A stretch of 24,000 bases of DNA from an uncultured Flavobacteriales bacterium. Lineage in GTDB: Bacteria; Bacteroidota; Bacteroidia; Flavobacteriales_D; Luteibaculaceae. Position 1 is the stretch's first letter, and each line of letters begins with the position of its first letter. Positions 18,441 to 24,000 of this stretch are shown one piece after another. Made by a program: the position numbers and the translations under genes. The notes under the pieces were generated by a model. That model searched no databases. It was not told the origin of the DNA and saw only the letters and a program-made list of their open reading frames with translations. Location of the stretch: assembly GCA_964627445.1 (NCBI GenBank), contig CAZVJF010000001.1:296328-320327 (forward strand), read 5' to 3'.

Positions 18441-19331
18441 ATGAAAAAGACGGCAATCATTCTTTTCGCTTTAGTCCTTTCAACCGGACTGTTTGCCCAG
18501 GTGCTTACACCTGAGATGCAAAAGCGCATGTACAAGGATACCTTTTTGGACTATGACCCCGAATTGGATATCGATAGCGTACGTAACTTCCAGCAGAAGT
18601 CTATAGTACCTTACCCTCCCATACGTGAGGCTGATGTACTTTGGTCGAAAAGAATATGGAGAGAAATTGAAGTAGCCGAGAAAATCAACCTTCCGTTGTA
18701 TTACCCGCTTGACCAAATTCAAGACCGTAAAAATCTGTATACGGTGCTTACTGAGGCTATGATGGATGGGCTTATCCAGGCTTTTGATTCCAGACCCGTA
18801 AATGGAGATGAGTTTGTTGCTCCAATGGATGCTGAGGAAGCTATGAAAGAGCTTTTTGGTGTGAAGACTTCTATTACTAAAATGAACGAGTTTGGTGAGC
18901 CATACGAGGTAGACACCATTAACCCATTTCAGCCTGGTGATGTTACCAGTTACCGCTTAAAAGAGGATTGGTATTTTGACAAGCAACGCTCTGAGCTTCG
19001 CGTTAAAATCCTAGGTATTCAACCGGTATGTCAGTTTACCGATCCCGATGATGGACAAGTGAAAACTAAGCCTACCGCATGGTTTTATTTCCCAGAAGTA
19101 CGCCACGTAATTGTGAATTACGAAGTATACAACCGTGAAAATGAAACCAAGCGAATAACCTTCGATGACATTTTCTTCAAGCGTTACTTCTCTTCGCACA
19201 TTATTAAAGAGGACAACGTGTACAACCGCCAATTGGGAGCGGTTTACAAAGATCCGTACACCGAATTATTGAAAGCAGAGGAGATCAAAAGAGAAATCTT
19301 CAACTTTGAACACGATCTTTGGAGCTACTAG
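18441..19331 (+). CDS. gldN: T9SS/gliding periplasmic ring protein GldN (PorN)
   Basis: The 296-aa ORF has a signal peptide (MKKTAIILFALVLSTGLFAQ). It then reads PYPPIREADVLWSKRIWREIEVAEKINLPLYYP...YRLKEDWYFDKQRSEL, the GldN family pattern. It starts 1 nt after the gldM stop. Confidence 0.88.
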   Translation: MKKTAIILFALVLSTGLFAQVLTPEMQKRMYKDTFLDYDPELDIDSVRNFQQKSIVPYPPIREADVLWSKRIWREIEVAEKINLPLYYPLDQIQDRKNLYTVLTEAMMDGLIQAFDSRPVNGDEFVAPMDAEEAMKELFGVKTSITKMNEFGEPYEVDTINPFQPGDVTSYRLKEDWYFDKQRSELRVKILGIQPVCQFTDPDDGQVKTKPTAWFYFPEVRHVIVNYEVYNRENETKRITFDDIFFKRYFSSHIIKEDNVYNRQLGAVYKDPYTELLKAEEIKREIFNFEHDLWSY

Positions 19332-19357
19332 TAGCCACAAATTTTAGACCTTTGCAA

Positions 19358-19384
19358 AGCGCCCCCAACGGGCGCTTTTTTTTG
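19358..19384 (+). terminator. Rho-independent terminator after gldN
   Basis: AGCGCCC-CCAAC-GGGCGCT forms a perfect GC-rich 7-bp stem, followed by T8 (TTTTTTTTG). It starts 27 nt after the gldN stop. Confidence 0.7.
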
Positions 19385-19388
19385 TTTT

Positions 19389-21278
19389 ATGCTGTCAATC
19401 AACTCATACACTTACCATCTTGGGGAGCGCACCCTTTTTGATAACATCTCCTTTTTTATTGGACCCGATGAAAAAATTGCTTTAGCGGGTATCAACGGAT
19501 CTGGCAAAACTACCTTATTAGGAAAAATAGCCGATCCGAACCGACCTAAAGAAATAGCCCTTTCTGGCCAATGTAAAATAGGTTACCTCCCCCAGCACTT
19601 ACCATGGCAGAGTGAGAAGACAGTTTTAGAGGAAGTCCTGGCAGCCCAAGAAGAACTGGCCACTATGGAAGAAGAATTGGAGCACTACAACACCATTCTT
19701 ACTACCTCTACCGACTACGAAAGCCAAGGATACACAACGGCCATTGAAAAGGTAGCTGAGTTATCAGAACGTTTGGGAACCATAAATCCCAAAGAAATTG
19801 AAGCCGAAGCCGAAAAAGTCTTAAAAGGATTGGGCTTTACCCAAAAGGATATGCAGCAGCCCTGCTCCGCTTTTAGTGGCGGCTGGAAAATGCGAATAGC
19901 ACTTGCGCAAATATTACTGGACAAGCCCGATTTATTAATGCTGGATGAGCCCACAAACCACCTAGATATTAACTCTGTAATATGGCTGGAAAGGTATTTG
20001 CAAGACTACCGTGGTGCTATAGTACTTATTAGTCACGACCGCAGATTTTTGGATGCAATTACCACACGTACTGTAGAAATTGTAAAAGGTAAAGTACACG
20101 ACTACCCCTTTAATTACTCCAAATACCTCGTAGAACGAGAAATACGCAACGAACAGCAGCTTGCGACCCAACGTAACCAAGAGAAAGAAATAGAGCGTAC
20201 CAAGCAGCTTATAGACCGATTTAAGGCAAAGGCAACCAAAGCCTCTATGGCAAAATCGCTGGAAAAGAAACTAGACCGGATGGATGTGGTAGAAGTCGAA
20301 GACTTTAATCAGAAAACCATTGCTGGTAAATTTCTGTACTCCAAAAATCCCGGAAAAGTAGCATTGAAACTGGATGGGCTATGCAAGTCTTACGGACAAA
20401 AAGAGGTCCTTAAGGATATCAGTTTTGAAGTAATGCGTGGCGACAAGGTAGCGCTTGTAGGTAAAAACGGGGTGGGTAAATCAACCACATTAAAATTAAT
20501 AGCCAACCAAACGGAAGCCACAGCGGGTTCCTTTCACTGGGGCCATAATACCGAGGTACAGTTTTTTAACCAGGATGGACCCGATTTAATTCCAAAGAAA
20601 CTTACCCCCCTGGAACACATGGAACTGCATGCACCCAACGACCAGTTTACCATGTGCCGAAATGTTTTAGGGTCTTTTCTTTTTTCTGGGGAGGACGTAG
20701 AGAAGAAAGTATCCGTACTCTCTGGTGGTGAGCGAACCCGTTTGGTTCTAGCACAGTGCGCCATTAACCCAAGTAACGTACTGGTACTCGATGAGCCTAC
20801 CAACCACCTTGACATTCCCACCAAAGAGCATTTAAAACAAGCGCTGAAAGATTATCCGGGTACCGTAATTGTGGTATCACACGACCGCGAGTTTCTTTCG
20901 GGCTGGTGCAATAAGGTAATTGAACTGGTAGAAGGTGCTTCTAAGGAATTTCCTGGGGACATAGACGACTTCTTAGCAGAAAAAATGAAAGCCGATCTTA
21001 CTGCATATGCCATGTCGGATAAAAAGCCTAAAGCCAACGCTAAGAAGGAGAAACCAGCTACGAACAGTACACCCAGCAAACCCAAAAAAACCAACCCCAG
21101 GTTAGTAGAGAATCTTGAAAAAGAAATTACCGATCTAGAATCTGAATTGCAGCAATTAACAGACCGCTTAAACGCTGCCAAACCCGGTAAAGAACAAGAA
21201 GAAATTTTAGCCGACTACGGAAAAACAGACAAAAAACTCCAAGAAAAAATGGCTGCCTGGGAGGAAATGGCGGGATAA
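19389..21278 (+). CDS. ABC-F family ATPase (two ABC domains, no TM domain; Uup/YheS-like architecture with a C-terminal coiled coil)
   Basis: The 629-aa ORF has Walker A motifs GINGSGKTT and GKNGVGKST, signature motifs FSGGWKMRIALA and LSGGERTRLVLA, and Walker B motifs LLMLDEPTNHLD and VLVLDEPTNHLD. The inter-domain linker is basic and helical (QRNQEKEIERTKQLIDRFKAKATKASMAKS). The tail is Lys-rich and coiled-coil. Confidence 0.9.
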   Translation: MLSINSYTYHLGERTLFDNISFFIGPDEKIALAGINGSGKTTLLGKIADPNRPKEIALSGQCKIGYLPQHLPWQSEKTVLEEVLAAQEELATMEEELEHYNTILTTSTDYESQGYTTAIEKVAELSERLGTINPKEIEAEAEKVLKGLGFTQKDMQQPCSAFSGGWKMRIALAQILLDKPDLLMLDEPTNHLDINSVIWLERYLQDYRGAIVLISHDRRFLDAITTRTVEIVKGKVHDYPFNYSKYLVEREIRNEQQLATQRNQEKEIERTKQLIDRFKAKATKASMAKSLEKKLDRMDVVEVEDFNQKTIAGKFLYSKNPGKVALKLDGLCKSYGQKEVLKDISFEVMRGDKVALVGKNGVGKSTTLKLIANQTEATAGSFHWGHNTEVQFFNQDGPDLIPKKLTPLEHMELHAPNDQFTMCRNVLGSFLFSGEDVEKKVSVLSGGERTRLVLAQCAINPSNVLVLDEPTNHLDIPTKEHLKQALKDYPGTVIVVSHDREFLSGWCNKVIELVEGASKEFPGDIDDFLAEKMKADLTAYAMSDKKPKANAKKEKPATNSTPSKPKKTNPRLVENLEKEITDLESELQQLTDRLNAAKPGKEQEEILADYGKTDKKLQEKMAAWEEMAG

Positions 21279-21310
21279 AAAAAAAGGTGGTTACATGATG
21301 TAACCGCCCC
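21277..21310. terminator. Shared (bidirectional) terminator hairpin between the convergent ABC-F and yqeY-like genes
   Basis: GGTGGTTACAT (21286-21296) and ATGTAACCGCC (21298-21308) form an inverted repeat, flanked by A9 on the left and CTCTTTTCC on the right. On the minus strand the hairpin is followed by T9, giving a strong terminator for the ftsZ/yqeY unit. The T-tract on the plus strand is weaker. Confidence 0.6.
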
Positions 21311-21330
21311 TCTTTTCCTGGTTGTAATAT

Positions 21331-21777
21331 CTACGCTAACAAGCTTTTAACTTTCGCAGAAATCTCTTTACCATCGGCTTTTCCTGCCAACTCCTTAGAG
21401 GCGACTCCCATAACTTTACCCATATCGGCTGGGCTGCTTGCACCCACTTTCTCAATGGTGGTTTTAACAGCAGCTTCCAATTCGGATTCCGACATTTTTG
21501 CGGGTAGGTAATTCTCAATAACCTTAGCCTGAAGCATTTCCTCATCGTATTGTTCCTGACGGCCCTGCTCCTTAAAGATATCGGCCGCTTCCATCCGCTG
21601 CTTGTGCAGTTTTTGCAAGATTTTTAAGCCCGCTGCCTCAGCTACGCTGTCGCTTCCATCTTTGGTAGCTTCTAACAGCAATGCTGATTTTATAGCACGC
21701 AAAGCAGCAAGTTTATCCTTCTCCCGGGCCTTCATGGCCGCCTTGATATCGTTGTTAATCTGTGTGGTTAAATCCAT
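21331..21777 (-). CDS. GatB/YqeY domain-containing protein
   Basis: The 148-aa ORF reads MDLTTQINNDIKAAMKAREKDKLAALRAIKSALLLEATKDG...ENYLPAKMSESELEAAVKTTIEKVGASSPADMGKVMG, a typical YqeY family sequence. It starts 1 nt after the ftsZ stop. Confidence 0.85.
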   Translation of the reverse strand: MDLTTQINNDIKAAMKAREKDKLAALRAIKSALLLEATKDGSDSVAEAAGLKILQKLHKQRMEAADIFKEQGRQEQYDEEMLQAKVIENYLPAKMSESELEAAVKTTIEKVGASSPADMGKVMGVASKELAGKADGKEISAKVKSLLA

Positions 21778-21778
21778 T

Positions 21779-23500
21779 TTAGTCTACGTTATCGTGTAAA
21801 TAGCTATTGTTTCTACTCACAAAGTTATCGCTATCCAAAGACAAATTAGAGCGCTCTTGGTCGTCACTATCTTTCTTAAACTTAAACTGCTTTCTTACAA
21901 ATGCAGGTTCATTTTCTAGCTCTGCCAACCCACCGGGAGTACGCATGCGGATGCTCATCTCCTTAATCTTGTTTAATCGCTGCTCAATAAACTCTTGCTC
22001 TTGTGCAGCCGATTTTTTCTCACGAGTGAATAGATCGGGTTGTTCCTCGGGCTTTTCCTCTGTGCGAGGCTCTTGTTGCGCATTATGAGTAGGAACCTCC
22101 TCCTTACGCTCATTGGTGTGCTTTTCAGATAGCTCCTCTAGCTCATCGTCATCGTCTAAAAGCAAAAAGGTCTTCTTCACAGGTTTTTGCTCCTCAGCAA
22201 ACCCTTCCTGTCTACCTTCCGAGCTTTCAGTGGTGTTTATATTGGAAACACTTTGGTCTGGTGTATCCTGTCCTTTCCCACGAATTCTAAAGGTTATTTC
22301 CTCGGCATCGCTGGTGCCTTCGTCCTCTGACACCGCTCTATCATCTACCTTGGGCTCTTCAGGTGTGTCATCCTTCTGTGAAACAATGTAAGGCTCATCC
22401 TCCACTGTTTTCTTTGAAGTACTCTGGAAGTCACCCGAACTTTCAAAAGGGTTGGATATTTTACCTCGCACCGGCTTTACATCTTCATCCAAATCGCGTT
22501 TTACCACGGCTTCTTCAAAGTCTGGGTTATTAAGCCTGTTGTTGGCCTGGAAACCTGTTGCTATTACGGTTACGCTAATATTTTCACCCAATTCTTCGTC
22601 TATGGCATAACCCCAGATTACATCGGCTGTAGAACCTGCGGCTTCCTGGATGTAGTCGGTGATGGTGGCAATTTCATCCATCATGATATCCTGATTACCG
22701 TAGGTAATATTTAAGAGAACAAACTGTGCTCCGCTGATATCGTTATCGTTGAGTAATGGCGACTCTAAGGCCGTCTGCACCGCTTTCAAGGCTCGGTCGT
22801 CTCCCTGAGCTGTTCCAGATCCCATAATGGCAGCACCGGAATCTTTCATCACGGTTTGCACATCATTCATATCCACATTAATCTCACCCGTAATGGAAAC
22901 AACCTCTGCTATTCCTTTTGCAGCGGTGGTAAGCACGTCATCGGCCTTAGAGAAAGCTTCTTTTAACGATAGATTGCCATAAGCCTCACGCAACTTGTCG
23001 TTCTGGATTACTAAGAGGGTATCTACCGAGTTGCGCATTTCTTCCAAACCACGCTCGGCTTGGTCACGTCTTTTACGGCCTTCAAACATAAAGGGCACGG
23101 TAACAATACCCACCGTAAGCACACCCAATTCGCGTGCCGCTTGGGCAATAACAGGCGCTGCTCCAGTACCTGTACCACCCCCCATTCCTGCCGTAATAAA
23201 TACCATGGTGGTATTTTTTTCCAGCACTTCCTTAACATCGTCTATGCTCTCGATGGCGGCATTGCGGCCTACATCGGGAATGGATCCCGCACCGCGGCCT
23301 TCGGTTAAGCTTTGTCCCAGCTGTAATTTTATAGGAACGGGACTTTTATCTAAGGACTGCGCGTCAGTATTGCAGATCATAAAATCTACACCCTGAATAC
23401 CGCGCTCGTACATGTGGTTTACGGCATTGGTTCCTCCACCTCCTACGCCTATAACTTTGATTATAGAACTGTGGTCTTTAGGCAAATCGAATTTCATCAT
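21779..23500 (-). CDS. ftsZ: Cell division GTPase FtsZ
   Basis: The 573-aa ORF reads IKVIGVGGGGTNAVNHM...ITAGMGGGTGTGAAPVIA (tubulin signature)...VIATGF. A ~235-aa acidic linker follows, then a conserved C-terminal peptide (...NNSYLHDNVD). Confidence 0.97.
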   Translation of the reverse strand: MMKFDLPKDHSSIIKVIGVGGGGTNAVNHMYERGIQGVDFMICNTDAQSLDKSPVPIKLQLGQSLTEGRGAGSIPDVGRNAAIESIDDVKEVLEKNTTMVFITAGMGGGTGTGAAPVIAQAARELGVLTVGIVTVPFMFEGRKRRDQAERGLEEMRNSVDTLLVIQNDKLREAYGNLSLKEAFSKADDVLTTAAKGIAEVVSITGEINVDMNDVQTVMKDSGAAIMGSGTAQGDDRALKAVQTALESPLLNDNDISGAQFVLLNITYGNQDIMMDEIATITDYIQEAAGSTADVIWGYAIDEELGENISVTVIATGFQANNRLNNPDFEEAVVKRDLDEDVKPVRGKISNPFESSGDFQSTSKKTVEDEPYIVSQKDDTPEEPKVDDRAVSEDEGTSDAEEITFRIRGKGQDTPDQSVSNINTTESSEGRQEGFAEEQKPVKKTFLLLDDDDELEELSEKHTNERKEEVPTHNAQQEPRTEEKPEEQPDLFTREKKSAAQEQEFIEQRLNKIKEMSIRMRTPGGLAELENEPAFVRKQFKFKKDSDDQERSNLSLDSDNFVSRNNSYLHDNVD

Positions 23501-23529
23501 TACTGTAGGTTTTTGGGGGTTTGGAGCTC

Positions 23530-24000
23530 TTAATTTTCTTCGTCTAACATTTTTATAGTGCGGTCGAAGAAGGATTTAATGAATCCACCCTTCTTAGACT
23601 TGGAGTGTCCTTTAACAACATTGTGGCTTACCGCCTCCGTATTGATGGGCTGGCGCTTTTGGAAGCCTTTCATTACCAGACCTACACCGGTTGCGTGCAG
23701 TGGGCTGCCAATGGCATCGTCAAAGCATTTGCCGAGGTGCATGTTGGGGTATCCAATCCGTGTATCGTAGCCTGTTTTGTACTCGAACAACTGCTTAATG
23801 TGCTTTAATTGTGAACCTCCACCCGTGACCACAATACCGGCAATAAGCTGGTCTTGCAGCTTGGAATTTTTTATCTCGTAGAATACATACTCAATAATTT
23901 CTTCCATTCGGCATTGAATAATTCCAGCCAAATTGCGCACCGAAATTTCTTTGGGAGGACGATTTTGCAAGCCTGGAATACAAACAATCTCATTGTCCTG
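23530..24000 (-). CDS. ftsA: Cell division protein FtsA; C-terminal ~156 aa, with the 5' end beyond the right edge of the window
   Basis: The frame is open from 24000 and reads ...EISVRNLAGIIQCRMEEIIEY...IVVTGGGSQLKHIKQLFEYKTGYDTRIGYP...ATGVGLVMKG. It ends with an amphipathic membrane-targeting helix (GGFIKSFFDRTIKMLDE). The M at 23970 in the track is an internal TTG (Leu) codon. The gene lies immediately upstream of ftsZ. Confidence 0.9.
   Translation of the reverse strand, partial: QDNEIVCIPGLQNRPPKEISVRNLAGIIQCRMEEIIEYVFYEIKNSKLQDQLIAGIVVTGGGSQLKHIKQLFEYKTGYDTRIGYPNMHLGKCFDDAIGSPLHATGVGLVMKGFQKRQPINTEAVSHNVVKGHSKSKKGGFIKSFFDRTIKMLDEEN

Noticed and set aside
18480-21181. Minus-strand ORFs inside gldN and the ABC-F gene, including the 109-aa 20852-21181 and the 96-aa 20534-20824
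   Set aside because: They are antisense shadows with Ser/Phe/Leu-rich composition and no motifs.
21336-21799. 69-aa alternative-frame ORF on the same strand as the yqeY-like gene (21336-21545), and a 65-aa plus-strand ORF (21602-21799)
   Set aside because: They are fully nested in the YqeY-family frame, which has clear family sequence. No evidence supports an overlapping gene.
21807-23808. ORFs inside ftsZ (five plus-strand, up to 133 aa at 22995-23396, and one minus-strand, 23023-23238) and two plus-strand ORFs inside ftsA
   Set aside because: They are antisense or out-of-frame to unmistakable ftsZ and ftsA frames.

Overview
This window reads as an ordinary core-chromosome segment of a Bacteroidota genome, and I found no convincing new multi-gene system. 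The taxonomic call rests on a SusC/RagA-type receptor, a porP-gldKLMN type IX secretion cluster, TAnnTTTG-type -7 boxes, no obvious Shine-Dalgarno sequences, and an FtsZ ending in SYLHDNVD. Nineteen protein genes fill almost all of the sequence. Left to right they are: a susC-like TonB-dependent receptor (minus strand, runs off the left edge, absent from the ORF track); groES-groEL (minus); a tightly packed minus-strand operon of miaB, a sensor-less sigma-54 activator, an lptE-like lipoprotein, a 627-aa acidic/TPR protein and secG; then on the plus strand topA, a degenerate arginase-fold protein, porP/sprF, gldK, gldL, gldM, gldN and an ABC-F ATPase; and finally, on the minus strand, ftsA (partial), ftsZ and a GatB/YqeY-domain protein. 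Four rho-independent terminator hairpins separate the transcription units. I saw no tRNA or rRNA, CRISPR array, IS element or transposase, integrase, phage gene or recognisable defence gene. Every other ORF in the six-frame track is antisense or out-of-frame shadow of these genes. The points most worth a second look are: (1) a well-spaced sigma-54 -24/-12-like element (TGGCAC-N6-TGCA) just upstream of groES, in a window that also encodes a sensor-less sigma-54 activator; (2) that activator being translationally coupled inside an envelope/translation housekeeping operon; (3) a large, highly acidic, apparently disordered protein with conserved termini that is start/stop-overlapped with secG; (4) an arginase-fold protein that has lost three of its six Mn ligands, wedged between topA and the T9SS genes; (5) a strong terminator hairpin ending 5 nt before the ABC-F start codon. 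All functional calls come from reading the translations by eye. No database search was run.
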